64,000 nucleotides of DNA. Source: an uncultured delta proteobacterium (GTDB lineage: Bacteria > Myxococcota > Myxococcia > Myxococcales > Myxococcaceae). Under the pieces are notes generated by a model. The model did no database searches and was not told the origin of the DNA. It was given only the letters and a program-made list of their open reading frames with translations. Below are positions 37,561 through 49,645 of the stretch, piece after piece. The DNA lies in the NCBI GenBank assembly GCA_963796055.1, contig CAWCKH010000004.1, forward strand, positions 3,488,001 to 3,552,000, given 5' to 3'. A program made the position numbers and the translations under genes. The first letter of the stretch is position 1, and the number at the start of each line of letters is the position of its first letter.

Positions 37561-38319
37561 ATGCGTGATGCCCACCGGATGCGGGAAAAGTACGACCTGT
37601 CGCTGGACAGCCGGCAGGTGGTCAGCCTGCTGATCGGCGGCATCGTGGTGCTGGGCGCGGTCTTCGTCCTGGGCGTGCTGGTAGGCAAGAAGCTCGCCGG
37701 GACCCCCCGGACCGACCGGGCGCCGGACCTCCTCACCGCGCTCGACCACAAGTCGGACGCACTGGAGCGCGCCAGGGCCGCGCCCCCGCTCACCTTCCAG
37801 GAGGAGCTGACCCGGCCCACGCCGTCGGCTCCGACGGTGACCCGCGCTTCGCCGGCGCCCGCCTCGAGTCCGACGGTCGCCCGTGCTCCGGTCACCGCGG
37901 CTCCAGCCACCTCCGCCGCCTCGGCGAGCACTGGCCCGGCGACGGCCAGCACCAGCACCGCCGCGGCGAGCAAGGCTGCGCCGACCCCCCGGGCGGAGGC
38001 GGTGCCCACGGCCGCGGTCGTGACGTCGGCGCCAGCGGCTGCCCATTCCACCCCGAAGGTGCCCGAGGCGACCAGCCCGACCGGGGCCTTCACCCTGCAG
38101 CTCGGGGCGAGCCCCAGCCGTGACGACGCCGAGCGCCAGGCGAGTCGCTTGCGCGAGAAGGGCTACGCGCCGTACATCGTGGCCGCGGAGGTCCCGGGGA
38201 AGGGGACCTGGTACCGGGTGCGGATGGGGAGCTTCCCCACCAAGGACGCCGCCACCCGCTACTTGCAGGACCTCAAGCGCGAGACGCAGGCCGAGGCGTT
38301 CGTCGCATCGACCAGGTGA
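37561..38319 (+). CDS. SPOR-domain membrane protein
   Basis: TM helix, Ala/Pro/Thr linker, FTLQLGA..WYRVRMGSF. Confidence 0.88.
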   Translation: MRDAHRMREKYDLSLDSRQVVSLLIGGIVVLGAVFVLGVLVGKKLAGTPRTDRAPDLLTALDHKSDALERARAAPPLTFQEELTRPTPSAPTVTRASPAPASSPTVARAPVTAAPATSAASASTGPATASTSTAAASKAAPTPRAEAVPTAAVVTSAPAAAHSTPKVPEATSPTGAFTLQLGASPSRDDAERQASRLREKGYAPYIVAAEVPGKGTWYRVRMGSFPTKDAATRYLQDLKRETQAEAFVASTR

Positions 38320-38330
38320 GCAGGGAAGCG

Positions 38331-38693
38331 ATGACCACGACACGTCGGGTGGAGAAGCCCTGGGGCTACGAGCTGATCTGGGCGCACACCGATCGTTACG
38401 TGGGCAAGCTGCTGCACATCGCCCAGGGCCACAAGCTGTCACTCCAGTACCACCGGAAGAAGGACGAGACGATCCACGTCCAGAGCGGACGGCTGCTCTT
38501 CGTGGTGGACGAGGGCGACGGCCTGATCGAGCGAGAGCTGAAGCCCGGCGAGAGCTACCACGTGAAGCCGCTGACCAAGCACCGGATGGTGGCGCTCACT
38601 GACTGCGACGTGCTCGAGGTCAGCACCCCCGAGCTGGACGACGTGGTCCGGCTCGAAGATTCGTACGGCCGGGCCGGAACGTCCGCCCCCTGA
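38331..38693 (+). CDS. cupin (mannose-6-phosphate isomerase-like) protein
   Basis: VEKPWGYE, LSLQYH..KDET, EVSTPELDDVVRLED.YGR. Confidence 0.87.
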   Translation: MTTTRRVEKPWGYELIWAHTDRYVGKLLHIAQGHKLSLQYHRKKDETIHVQSGRLLFVVDEGDGLIERELKPGESYHVKPLTKHRMVALTDCDVLEVSTPELDDVVRLEDSYGRAGTSAP

Positions 38694-38729
38694 GGCTCCG
38701 GCGGCCGAAGGCCTGAGCGAGACAGGTTC

Positions 38730-39350
38730 CTACGGGGCTTTCCCCGCCGTGGCCGGCTCGCTGCCCTTGGTCCAGCGGTCCACCTGGCCGTCGCCGTCGA
38801 GGTCCTCGCCGATCCGGTCGATGGCCCCGTTCTCCCAGTACTCCCAGTAGTCGACCTTGCCGGAGCCCTTCACGTCCCGCTCCTTGCGGGTGAGCTTCTC
38901 GTTGCCGTCGTAGTAGCTCCAGGTGTCCACCCGGCCGTCGCCGTCGAGGTCCTTCTCCGAGCGGACCTTCTTGCCCTTCTCGAAGTAGAGCGTGTCGTCG
39001 ACCTTGCCGTCGTAGTCCAGGTCCATGGTCTCCCTGGTCACCTGCCCGTCGGCGTCGAAGTAGTAGACGATGTCCACCCTGCCGTCGGCGTTCAGGTCGG
39101 CCTCCTTGCGGACCCGCCGCTCCACCGGCCGCCCCGAGGCGTCCTGGGTGCTGATCGAATAGACCCACACGTCCGGCTTGCCGGTGCGGTGCAGGTCGAA
39201 TGCCTGGACGTGCTCCTCCCCGGTGGGCTGGTGGATGTCGCTGCCCACTGCGCTGGTGGCCCCGGCGGCGGGTGCCGCTGCCTTGTGGCCGGCACACCCG
39301 GCGCCGAGCACTCCCACGGCCGTGAGCAGCACGCATCCCAGCGTTTTCAT
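38730..39350 (-). CDS. lipoprotein with DxDxDG Ca-binding-type repeats
   Basis: Lipobox LGAGC; repeats DLNADGRVD, DLDYDGKVD, DLDGDGRVD, DVKGSGKVD, DLDGDGQVD. Confidence 0.8.
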   Translation of the reverse strand: MKTLGCVLLTAVGVLGAGCAGHKAAAPAAGATSAVGSDIHQPTGEEHVQAFDLHRTGKPDVWVYSISTQDASGRPVERRVRKEADLNADGRVDIVYYFDADGQVTRETMDLDYDGKVDDTLYFEKGKKVRSEKDLDGDGRVDTWSYYDGNEKLTRKERDVKGSGKVDYWEYWENGAIDRIGEDLDGDGQVDRWTKGSEPATAGKAP

Positions 39351-39451
39351 GGGCATGCATTGTCTCCGATGCGCTGACCCGCACACCAGGGGTTCCGGGG
39401 AGGAGCCTCTGTGGCCGCAGGATGACCCTTCATGTACCTTCACCGCTGGCC

Positions 39452-39631
39452 ATGCCGAGGAAGAAGCTGTCCACCACCATCTACATCACCCCGGAGCAGA
39501 ACGCGCAGCTCAAGCTCCTGAACGAGAAGACCAAGGTCCCGGTGGCGGAGTACATCCGGCAGGGCATCGACCTCGTCCTGGAGAAGTACCGGTCGCATCT
39601 TCCCGGGCAGGCCCGCTTCGAGGACCTCTGA
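39452..39631 (+). CDS. ribbon-helix-helix DNA-binding protein (59 aa)
   Basis: KKLSTTIYITPEQNAQLKLLNEKTKVPVAEYIRQGIDLVLEKY. Confidence 0.88.
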   Translation: MPRKKLSTTIYITPEQNAQLKLLNEKTKVPVAEYIRQGIDLVLEKYRSHLPGQARFEDL

Positions 39632-39644
39632 CACATTGGACGGC

Positions 39645-40624
<980 letters not shown>

Positions 40625-40628
<4 letters not shown>

Positions 40629-41557
40629 AGGTCCTGGTCACCGGAGGAGCCGGCTTCATCGGCAGCCACGTGGCCGACGTCTTCCTCGAGGCCGGCCACG
40701 AGGTCTGGGTGCTGGACGACCTCTCCAGCGGACGGCGCGAGAACCTCCGCCCCGAGGTGCGGCTGGTGGTGGCGGACATCCGCTCCCCTGAGACCACCCG
40801 CCTCGTCGAGTCCGAGCGCTTCGAGGTGATGTGCCATCTCGCGGCGCAGATGGACGTCCGCCGCTCGGTGACCGATCCGCGGTTCGATGCCGAGGTGAAC
40901 GTCGCCGGTTTCCTCAACCTCCTCGAGGCGGCACGGAAGTCCGGTCTGCGGAAGGTGGTCTTCAGCTCCACCGGCGGGGCGATCTACGGCGAGCAGGACG
41001 TCTTCCCCGCGCCCGAGTCCCACCCCACGCGCCCGGTCTCCCCCTACGGCGTCTCCAAGGCCTCGGGCGAGCTGTACCTCGGCTACTACCGCGCCCAGTA
41101 CGGGCTGGCCTCGGTGGCGCTCCGCTACGCCAACGTCTACGGCCCGAGGCAGAACCCGCACGGCGAGGCAGGCGTGGTGGCCATCTTCTCGGAGCGGCTG
41201 CTCCGCGGAGAGACCTGCACCATCAACGGCACCGGCCAGCAGACACGCGACTTCGTCTTCGGCCCGGACGTGGCCCGGGCCAACCTCCTCGCCGCCCAGC
41301 GCGACGTGCAGGGGCCGATCAACATCGGCACCGGCGTGGAGACCGACGTGAACCGTCTGTACGCGATGCTGGCCGGCGCCGCCGGGACCAGCCGGGCTGC
41401 GCAGCACGCCCCGGCCAAGCCCGGCGAGCAGATGCGCAGCTCGGTGGACCCTTCCCACGCCGCACGGGCGCTCGGCTGGCGCCCCACGGTGGCACTGGAG
41501 GAGGGTCTGCAACGCACCGTCGGCTGGTTCCGCGGCCGATCGCCCCGGAAGGCGTAG
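40625..41557 (+). CDS. NAD-dependent epimerase (UDP-glucose 4-epimerase-like)
   Basis: TGGAGFIGSH, STGGAIYG, SPYGVSK, NVYGPRQ.PHGEAGVVAIF. Confidence 0.92.
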
Positions 41558-41647
41558 CCTGGGGCGGAGGGGGCGCTGCGGGGGACGGTGGCGCCCTGGC
41601 TCCCCGGGGTGTTAGGGAGCCGCCGCGACGTCCCGGGACTCCCCAGC

Positions 41648-43459
41648 ATGCCGGCAGAGAACGCCCACCTCCGCAACTTCTGCATCATCGCCCACATCGA
41701 TCACGGCAAGTCGACGCTGGCCGACCGCCTGCTCGACAAGACGGGCACGGTGAGCAAGCGCGAGGCGCAGGACCAGTTCCTGGACAACATGGAGCTGGAG
41801 CGAGAGCGGGGCATCACCATCAAGGCCCAGTCGGTCCGGATGCAGTACCGGGCGAAGGACGGAAAGGACTACGTCCTGAATCTCATCGACACGCCGGGCC
41901 ACGTGGACTTCGCCTACGAGGTCAGCCGGTCGCTGGCGGCATGCGAGGGGGCCCTCCTGGTGGTCGACGCCTCTCAGGGCGTTGAGGCCCAGACCCTGGC
42001 CAACGTCTACATGGCGCTGGACCAGAACCTCGAGGTCATCCCGGTGATCAACAAGATCGACCTCCCGTCGGCGGATGTGGCGCGCACCCGCGCGGAGATC
42101 GAGGACGTCATCGGCATCGACGCCTCCACCGCCGTCCCCACCTCGGCCAAGGAGGGGATCGGCATCGAGGAGATCCTCGAGGCGGTGGTCGCCCGCGTGC
42201 CGCCGCCGAAGGGTGACCCCGCGGCGCCGCTCAAGGCCCTGATCTTCGACAGCTGGTACGACAGCTACCGCGGGGTGGTGGTGCTGGTGCGGGTGCTCGA
42301 GGGGACGCTGGAGCTGAAGCAGCAGATCCTCCTCATGTCGAACGGCAAGAAGTTCGAGGTGCAGGAGCTCGGGGTCCATGCCCCGTTCACCCGTCCGGTC
42401 GGTCGGCTCATCGCCGGCGAGGTCGGGGTCCTGGTGGCCAACGTCAAGGAGATCCACGACGCCAAGGTGGGCGACACCATCACCGAGGCGGCCCGCCCCA
42501 CCGCCGAGCCGTTCCCCGGCTTCCAGGAAGTGAAGCCGATGGTGTTCAGCGGCGTCTTCCCCATCGACTCGGCGGACTACGAGAACCTCCGGGACGCGCT
42601 GGAGAAGCTGCAGCTCAACGACTCGGCATTCACCTACGAGCCGGAGACCTCCACCGCGCTCGGCTTCGGCTTCCGCTGCGGCTACCTCGGGCTGCTCCAC
42701 ATGGAGATCGTCCAGGAGCGGCTGGAGCGGGAGTACGGGCTCAGCCTCATCACCACCGCGCCCTCGGTCGTCTACAAGGTCTTCTCGGTCAAGGGCGAGG
42801 AGATGCTGATCGACAATCCGGCCAAGCTCCCCGCCTCGCAGCACATCGAGCACATGGAGGAGCCGGTCCTCACCTGCCACATCCACGTGCCCGACGAGTA
42901 CCTGGGCGCCATCCTCAAGCTCTGCCAGGACCGCCGCGGGGTGCAGAAGGACATCAAGTACCTGGGCAGCTCCGGAAAGCGGGTCCAGGTCACCTACGGA
43001 ATGCCGCTGTCGGAGGTGGTGTTCGACTTCTTCGACAAGCTGAAGAGCGTCAGCCGGGGCTACGCCAGCCTCGACTACGAGCTCGCCGGCTACCAGACCT
43101 CGGACCTGGTCAAGCTCGACGTGCTGATCAACGGAGACCCGGTGGACGCCCTGAGCGTCATCGTGCACCGCGATCGCGCCTACCAGCGCGGCCGTGACGT
43201 GTGCGCGCGGCTCAAGGAGGTCATCCCCAAGCAGATGTACGAGGTGGCGATCCAGGCGGCGATCGGCAGCCGGGTGATCGCCCGCGAGACCATCTCCGCG
43301 ATGCGCAAGAACGTGCTCGCCAAGTGCTACGGTGGCGACATCAGCCGGAAGCGAAAGCTCCTCGAGAAGCAGAAGGAGGGCAAGAAGCGGATGAAGCAGG
43401 TGGGCTCGGTGGAGATCCCGCAGGAGGCCTTCCTGGCCGTGTTGAAGACGGAAGGCTAA
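41648..43459 (+). CDS. lepA: translation factor LepA (EF-4)
   Basis: [52 protein letters not shown]. Confidence 0.98.
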   Translation: MPAENAHLRNFCIIAHIDHGKSTLADRLLDKTGTVSKREAQDQFLDNMELERERGITIKAQSVRMQYRAKDGKDYVLNLIDTPGHVDFAYEVSRSLAACEGALLVVDASQGVEAQTLANVYMALDQNLEVIPVINKIDLPSADVARTRAEIEDVIGIDASTAVPTSAKEGIGIEEILEAVVARVPPPKGDPAAPLKALIFDSWYDSYRGVVVLVRVLEGTLELKQQILLMSNGKKFEVQELGVHAPFTRPVGRLIAGEVGVLVANVKEIHDAKVGDTITEAARPTAEPFPGFQEVKPMVFSGVFPIDSADYENLRDALEKLQLNDSAFTYEPETSTALGFGFRCGYLGLLHMEIVQERLEREYGLSLITTAPSVVYKVFSVKGEEMLIDNPAKLPASQHIEHMEEPVLTCHIHVPDEYLGAILKLCQDRRGVQKDIKYLGSSGKRVQVTYGMPLSEVVFDFFDKLKSVSRGYASLDYELAGYQTSDLVKLDVLINGDPVDALSVIVHRDRAYQRGRDVCARLKEVIPKQMYEVAIQAAIGSRVIARETISAMRKNVLAKCYGGDISRKRKLLEKQKEGKKRMKQVGSVEIPQEAFLAVLKTEG

Positions 43460-43462
43460 GGC

Positions 43463-44692
43463 ATGGCCACCAGCGTCCAGGAACGCCCGCCTCTCGAGGC
43501 CGAGCTGGGGGCTCGGCGCACCGCCGAGCAGGCTGCCCGGCGCCGCCGGCTCCATTGGTTCGACCTTGCCACCAGCCTCTGGAGCCCGATCACCGTCCTC
43601 GCCCTGGCGCTGATCCCCTACCTGGTGGTCATCGAGTCGTTCCCCTCCACTGCGCCGGTCGCGCTTCCGGTGATGCAGGGATTCGGGCTGCTGATGGTGG
43701 CCTGGCTCGTGGGGCTCCTGGTCTGGCGCGCGGTGGACCGGGAGCGCACCGCGCTGCGGCGGCTCAGGCACGACGCCCGGGAGCTCACCGGCGAGCTGGC
43801 GCACAGCCTGCCCTCGGTGCACGACGCGGCGGTGCGCGAGCGGCTGGTGGACCACGCCGCCCGGGTGGACGCGGCGGCCGCGGCCGGAGACGCCGCGGCG
43901 CTGGAGCGGGAGATCCGCGCCCTCACCGATCAGGCCACGCGGCTGGTCCCCGGGTTCCGGAAGCAGAACGCGATCGGGGTGGGCATCGGCATCGCCAAGG
44001 CGCTGGCGGTGGCGCTCCTCATCCGGGCCATTCTCATCGAGCCGTTCCGGATCCCCAGCGGGTCGATGCTCCCCACCTTGCAGATCGGGGATCAGATCTT
44101 CGTCAACAAGTTCATCTACGGGGTCCACATCCCGTGGGCGAACGTGGTGCCCTTCGTCATCGTCCGCCCTCCGGCGCGCGGCGACGTCATCGTCTTCGAG
44201 AACCCGATCACCGGCCAGGACTACATCAAGCGGGTGGTGGGCATCCCCGGAGACGTGATCGAGCTCAAGGACGACCGGGTCTACCTCAACGGGCACGTGG
44301 TCCCGGCCCAGCTGGCGGCCCGCCAGGTCGAGGTGTGGGACCGGCCCGAGGACAGTCCCTGGAGGCTGCAGCATCCGGATCTATGGAAGGAGACCCTGGG
44401 AGGGCGCGAGCACGACATCCTCCTCGATGCCGAGTTCCGGCGCGAGGCGGCGCCCCGGGACCCGATCCGGGTCCCTCCCAACTCGGTGTTCGTCATGGGC
44501 GACAACCGGGACAACAGCCTCGACAGCCGGTTCGGGCTGGGAGGTCCGAGGAAGGTGGTCTTCGTCCCCTACGGCAACATCAAGGGGAAGGCGATGATCA
44601 TCTGGCTGTCGCTCTCCCACGGCGGGCTGCTCTCGGACCTCACCGGGGGCACCGGTCTGCGGGCGGAGCGCTTCTTCCGCCAGGTCCGGTAG
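43463..44692 (+). CDS. lepB: signal peptidase I
   Basis: IPSGSMLPTL, YIKRVVG.PGD, GDNRDNSLDSR. Confidence 0.95.
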   Translation: MATSVQERPPLEAELGARRTAEQAARRRRLHWFDLATSLWSPITVLALALIPYLVVIESFPSTAPVALPVMQGFGLLMVAWLVGLLVWRAVDRERTALRRLRHDARELTGELAHSLPSVHDAAVRERLVDHAARVDAAAAAGDAAALEREIRALTDQATRLVPGFRKQNAIGVGIGIAKALAVALLIRAILIEPFRIPSGSMLPTLQIGDQIFVNKFIYGVHIPWANVVPFVIVRPPARGDVIVFENPITGQDYIKRVVGIPGDVIELKDDRVYLNGHVVPAQLAARQVEVWDRPEDSPWRLQHPDLWKETLGGREHDILLDAEFRREAAPRDPIRVPPNSVFVMGDNRDNSLDSRFGLGGPRKVVFVPYGNIKGKAMIIWLSLSHGGLLSDLTGGTGLRAERFFRQVR

Positions 44693-44738
44693 CCCCAGCC
44701 ATTGACGGCGGGGGACAGGCAGCGTATCCGACGGGCTC

Positions 44739-45164
44739 GTGCGACGGCCCCGCGGCGCGGTGAATCTGGTCAACCTGACCCTGTTCGTCGCCGTCGTTTC
44801 CGGCGCCTACCTGGCCTGGATCTACGTCCCTCTCTGGCTCGACGACCTCGACGTGCGCGAGGCGCTCGCCGCGGGCGTGGCTCAGCTGACCTCCGAGGGG
44901 GCGGGCCTGGATGCCCCGACGGTCCAGCAGAGGGTGGCGGACCGTCTGGCCAGGGTGGGCTTCCACTGGGAGGAGCAGGACGGCAAGCAGGTGGAGGTAC
45001 CGGGGCTCGGGCTGGAGCCCGACGACGTTCAGGTGGAGCGGGGGAAGGACCGGAGGTTGGCACGGCTGACGGTGGACTACGGCCGGACGGTCAAGCTGAA
45101 GCCGCTGGAGCGGTACTGGACCATCCGGTTCCACACCACCCGGGAGGGAGTGCTCAAGCCGTGA
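44739..45164 (+). CDS. small membrane-anchored protein, DUF4845-like / pilin-like N-terminus
   Basis: Basic leader RRPRG followed by one hydrophobic helix; lies downstream of lepB; GTGA overlap with pyrB. Confidence 0.6.
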   Translation: MRRPRGAVNLVNLTLFVAVVSGAYLAWIYVPLWLDDLDVREALAAGVAQLTSEGAGLDAPTVQQRVADRLARVGFHWEEQDGKQVEVPGLGLEPDDVQVERGKDRRLARLTVDYGRTVKLKPLERYWTIRFHTTREGVLKP

Positions 45165-46072
45165 ATCCGTTCGCGCCGCGCAGCCTGCTGACCACCGAGG
45201 GGATGTCCCGGCACGACATCGAGCTGCTCTTCGGCCGGGCCCGGCTCCACGCCCGCGGGCTCCGGGCCGGGACCCCGCTCCGCTCGCTGGCTGGCCGGGT
45301 GGTGGCCAACCTCTTCTTCGAGAACAGCACCCGGACGCGCCTGTCCTTCGAGCGCGCGGCCAAGGCACTCGGCGCCGACGTGCTCAACTTCAACGCCTCC
45401 ACCTCCAGCGTCTCCAAGGGCGAGTCGCTGGTGGACACGATGCGGAACGTGGAGGCGCTCGGGGCGAGCATCATCGTGCTGCGGCACCCGGCTTCCGGGG
45501 CCGCGGATCTCGTCTCCCGTCACGTACGCTGCTCGGTGGTGAACGCCGGCGACGGGACGCACGCCCACCCCTCGCAGGCGCTGCTGGATGCCTTCACCCT
45601 CCATGAGCGCTGGGGCACGCTGGAGGGCAAGACGGTGGCCATCGTCGGCGACGTCCTGCACAGCCGGGTGGCGCGGAGCAACCTGTACTGCCTCACCGCG
45701 CTCGGGGCCCGGGTGGTGGTGGCCGGCCCTCCCACACTGGTCCCGGTGGGGCTGGAAGCGCTCGGCGCGCAGGTGCTCCCCTCCATCGATGCGGCGCTCG
45801 AGGAGGCGGACGCGGTGATGATGCTCCGGGTGCAACTGGAGCGGCAGAAGGAATCCATGTTCCCCACCTCGGGCGAGTACGCCAGGGCCTTCGGGCTGAC
45901 CCTGGGGCGCGCGCGGGGGCTCAAGCCCGACGCGGTGGTGATGCACCCCGGGCCGGTGAATCGAGGTGTCGAGCTCGCGCCCGAGGTGGCGGACGGGCCG
46001 GCCAACGTCATCCTCGAGCAGGTGGCGAACGGAGTGGCGGTGCGGATGGCAATTCTGGAGGCGTGCGGATGA
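45161..46072 (+). CDS. pyrB: aspartate carbamoyltransferase catalytic subunit
   Basis: [41 protein letters not shown]. Confidence 0.97.
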   Translation: MNPFAPRSLLTTEGMSRHDIELLFGRARLHARGLRAGTPLRSLAGRVVANLFFENSTRTRLSFERAAKALGADVLNFNASTSSVSKGESLVDTMRNVEALGASIIVLRHPASGAADLVSRHVRCSVVNAGDGTHAHPSQALLDAFTLHERWGTLEGKTVAIVGDVLHSRVARSNLYCLTALGARVVVAGPPTLVPVGLEALGAQVLPSIDAALEEADAVMMLRVQLERQKESMFPTSGEYARAFGLTLGRARGLKPDAVVMHPGPVNRGVELAPEVADGPANVILEQVANGVAVRMAILEACG

Positions 46073-47361
46073 GCCAGGCGATGGTCATCCGCGGCGGCCG
46101 GGTCATCGACCCGCGGAACCGGGTGGACGGGGTGCGCGACGTGCGGCTGGAGGACGGAAAGGTGGCCGCGGTCTCCGAGAAGCCGCTCCCGCTCGCGGGG
46201 GCGGAGGAGGTCCAGGCCCAGGGGCTGTGGGTGACCCCGGGCTTCGTCGACCTGCACGTGCACCTGCGCGAACCCGGGGAGGAGGGGAAGGAGACCATCC
46301 TTTCTGGCAGCCGAGCGGCGGTGGCGGGCGGCTTCACCTCGGTCGTCGCCATGCCGAACACCCGGCCGGTCAACGACTCGGCCCTGGTGACCCGGCTCAT
46401 CCGGCAGCGAGCGCAGGAGGCGGACCTGGCCCGGGTCTATCCGGCGGGGGCAATCAGCAAGGGCCTGCTGGGCGAGGAGATGGCGGAGATCGGCACCCTC
46501 CGCGAGGCGGGATGCGTGGCGGTCACCGACGATGGGCGGCCGGTGATGAGCGCCAGCCTGATGCGCCGGGTGCTGGTCTACACCGCCCCGCTCGGGCTCC
46601 CGGTGATGGTGCACGAGGAGGATCTCACGCTGTCCGCGGGGGGCGCGCTCACCGAGGGTCCGCGGGCGACGCGGATGGGCCTGCTGCCGATTCCTCGGTC
46701 CGCCGAGGTGGTGATGGTCGCCCGAGATCTCGTCTTGCTGGAGGAGGTGGGGGGGCGGCTGCACGTGGCGCATCTGAGCTGCGCCGCGAGCGTGGCGCTG
46801 ATCCGCGAGGCGAAGCGACGGGGATTGGCGATCACCGCCGAGGCCGCCCCACACCACTTCACCCTCACCGACGAGGCGGTGGAGGGCTGGAACACCCACG
46901 CCAAGATGACCCCGCCACTCCGCCATCCCGAGGACGTGGCCGCGGTGCGCGAGGGGCTGGCGGACGGGACCATCGACGCCATCGCCACCGACCACGCCCC
47001 GCACGGCATCATGGACAAGCAGGTGCCGTACGCCGAGGCGGCCAACGGGGTCATCGGGCTGGAGACCGCGCTGCCGCTCACCCTGGAGCTGGTCCGGGCC
47101 GGGACGCTGGGCGCCGTCCGGGCGGTGGAGCTGCTCACCTGCGGCCCCGCGGGGGTCTTCGGCCTCCCCGGCGGCCACCTCGGGCCCGGCGCGCCGGCGG
47201 ACGTCACGTTAGTGGACCCTGGCGCCGGGTGGACGGTCGAGGCGGCGCGGTTCCAGTCCAAGAGCCGGAACACGCCCTACGAGGGGCGCCAGGTTCAGGG
47301 GCGGGTGGTGCGGACCGTGGTGGGGGGCCGGACGGTGTGGCCCCTCGAGGAGAGACGATGA
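46069..47361 (+). CDS. pyrC: dihydroorotase
   Basis: [27 protein letters not shown]. Confidence 0.95.
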   Translation: MSQAMVIRGGRVIDPRNRVDGVRDVRLEDGKVAAVSEKPLPLAGAEEVQAQGLWVTPGFVDLHVHLREPGEEGKETILSGSRAAVAGGFTSVVAMPNTRPVNDSALVTRLIRQRAQEADLARVYPAGAISKGLLGEEMAEIGTLREAGCVAVTDDGRPVMSASLMRRVLVYTAPLGLPVMVHEEDLTLSAGGALTEGPRATRMGLLPIPRSAEVVMVARDLVLLEEVGGRLHVAHLSCAASVALIREAKRRGLAITAEAAPHHFTLTDEAVEGWNTHAKMTPPLRHPEDVAAVREGLADGTIDAIATDHAPHGIMDKQVPYAEAANGVIGLETALPLTLELVRAGTLGAVRAVELLTCGPAGVFGLPGGHLGPGAPADVTLVDPGAGWTVEAARFQSKSRNTPYEGRQVQGRVVRTVVGGRTVWPLEERR

Positions 47362-48471
47362 AGCGAGCCATCCTGGCTCTGGCAGACGGGACGACGTTCG
47401 ATGGGCAGCCCTTCGGTTCCACCGGCGAGACGGTGGGAGAGGTGGTCTTCAACACCTCGATGAGCGGCTACCAGGAGATCCTCACCGACCCTTCCTACGT
47501 GGGCCAGATCGTCACCATGGCCGCGCCGGAGATGGGGAACGTGGGGACCAACCCGGTGGACGACGAGAGCGCCCGGCCGCACGCCGTGGGGATGGTCGTC
47601 CGCTCGCTCTCCGAGGCCGCGAGCAACTGGCGAGCCGTGGAGAGTCTCGACGCGTACTTGAAGCGCCACGGGGTGGTGGGCCTGCGAGGCATCGACACCC
47701 GGAAGCTGGTCCGGCACATCCGAACCCGCGGGGCGCAGATGGGGGTCATCTCCAGCGAGGGGCACTCGGCATCGGCCCTGGTGGAGCGCGCGCGTCGCGC
47801 CCCGGGGATGGAGGGGCAGGACCTCGTCACCGGCATCAGTACCCGGAAGCCCTACGTCTTCACCGAGCCAAGCCCTTCGGTCTTCACGCCCGGCCGACCG
47901 GTGCCGCAGCTGCGCTTCGAGGTGGTGGCCTACGATTACGGGCTGAAGAAGGCGATGATCCAGCTGCTGGTCGACGCGGGCTGCCGGGTGACGGTCGTCC
48001 CCGCGGCGACCCCCGTGGAGGAGGTCCTGGCCAAGCGGCCGAACGGCGTGTTCCTCACCAACGGCCCGGGCGATCCAGCGGCGGTCCCGGACGCGGACCG
48101 CGCCGTTGCGGCGCTGCTGGGGAAGGTGCCGGTCTTCGGCATCTGCCTCGGCCACCAGAATCCTCGCCCGGGCCATCGGTGGCGGCACCTACAAGATGAA
48201 GTTCGGCCACCGGGGGGCGAACCAGCCGGTGAAGGATCTCCTGACCGGCAAGGTGGAGATCACCGCCCAGAACCACGGCTTCGCGGTGGACGAGGCCTCG
48301 GTGAAGGGCAAGGCGAACGTCACCCACCTCAACCTGAATGATCACACCGTGGAGGGGCTGGAGATCCCCGACGCACGGGCCTTCAGTGTCCAGTATCACC
48401 CCGAGTCGAGCCCCGGACCTCACGACGCGCGGCATCTCTTCGCCCGCTTCACGCAGGCAATGGCGCGGTAA
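47358..48471 (+). CDS. carA: carbamoyl-phosphate synthase small subunit with a +1 frameshift
   Basis: [21 protein letters not shown]; removing one A at 48159/48160 restores [23 protein letters not shown] (370 aa). Confidence 0.92.
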
Positions 48472-48487
48472 GGTTCGTCTCCCGCGG

Positions 48488-49141
48488 ATGCATCCTTTGT
48501 CCTATCAACCGTACCTGGACCAGCTCATCGCGCACGCCAGCAGCGAGGAGCGCAAGCCCGACCTCCTCGCCGCGAAGGCGGAGTACTTCCAGCGGACCGG
48601 AGAGGTCTTCGAGGACGACAAGCAGTTCGAGCTGAGGATGGCCTCGTTCCTCGACTACTACGTCTTCGACCGGAAGGGGCCGGACAACGGGCGCACCCCG
48701 GCCGAGGAGTTCCTCGAGGCGAGGTCGGCGGCGGGTGATGCGGCGGAGCTCGCGGCCTTCCGGGCCTTCACCGAGACGGTGCACGGGCTGTTCGAGGTGC
48801 GGAAGATCAAGCCCGGCATCGTGCGGCTGCGCGAGCTCTTCGGGGCCAAGGAGTTCGACGTCACCGAGCGGCGGCACACGGTGGGGCTGGAGAAGGGCGA
48901 CATCCTCGAGGCCCGGCTCATTCCCTTCGACGGGGCGCTGGTCTTCAGCGCGGCGTTCTGCTTCCACCCCCGCGAGGCGGTGAAGGCGATCAAGAAGGAA
49001 GTGAAGCGCCGGAAGAAGGTCATGCCCGAGGCGCCCCCGGTCCAGCTGACCTGGGAGGCGGCGAAGCGGGCGCTCAAGGCCGATCGGTACCGGCAGATCG
49101 CGGTGGACAAGATCTACGACTTCGAGTCGTCGCGGCTCTGA
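48488..49141 (+). CDS. hypothetical protein
   Basis: Coding-like 217-aa ORF downstream of carA (FQRTGEVFEDD..FLDYYVFD, FHPREA); no function recognised. Confidence 0.75.
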   Translation: MHPLSYQPYLDQLIAHASSEERKPDLLAAKAEYFQRTGEVFEDDKQFELRMASFLDYYVFDRKGPDNGRTPAEEFLEARSAAGDAAELAAFRAFTETVHGLFEVRKIKPGIVRLRELFGAKEFDVTERRHTVGLEKGDILEARLIPFDGALVFSAAFCFHPREAVKAIKKEVKRRKKVMPEAPPVQLTWEAAKRALKADRYRQIAVDKIYDFESSRL

Positions 49142-49354
49142 GGGCTGGGCCGCCGCGCGCCCACACGAGGGCGCGGACGCGCGCGGCCGGCATGGCGCCC
49201 GGTCGCTCGTGAGCCTGATCGTCCGCGTGGCTCGGGGCTGGCGATCAGCCCTGAGGGACGCCGGAGCTCCGTTGGCCGGCGCTCGGCCCCGACCACCGGC
49301 CTGCGCGATCGCGCGCGCTCTGTCGTGCGGACGGGCGCGCGGGGGAAGGCCGCC

Positions 49355-49435
49355 CCAAAAAACAAATGTTTGCTTCCTGCATGCAAGTACTTCGATCAAT
49401 TGTTTGCTTGCAGGAAGCAAGTGGTTTTTTTTTGG
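49355..49435. other. AT-rich long inverted repeat in a convergent intergenic region
   Basis: TTGCTTCCTGCATGCAA (49370-49386) / TTGCTTGCAGGAAGCAA (49404-49420), 16 of 17 complementary, flanked by A6 and T9 tracts. Confidence 0.8.
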
Positions 49436-49645
49436 AGGAGCCCTCCTCGCGTCCCAGCCGGGGTCTGCGGCATCCGCCTGGCCTCGCTCGAGGGGGCACC
49501 CTGTGGGCGCAGCGTGCAGGTCCCCTGGGGTTCCGGCCGGCGGGCGCGGAGCGTTCCGGAGCGTCGCTGATCGCGCAGGCCGCCCGTTCATGCCCGTGCA
49601 GGTGCCTCGCCGGCCTCGACTTTCCTCAGGGCACCGCCTCGCGCG

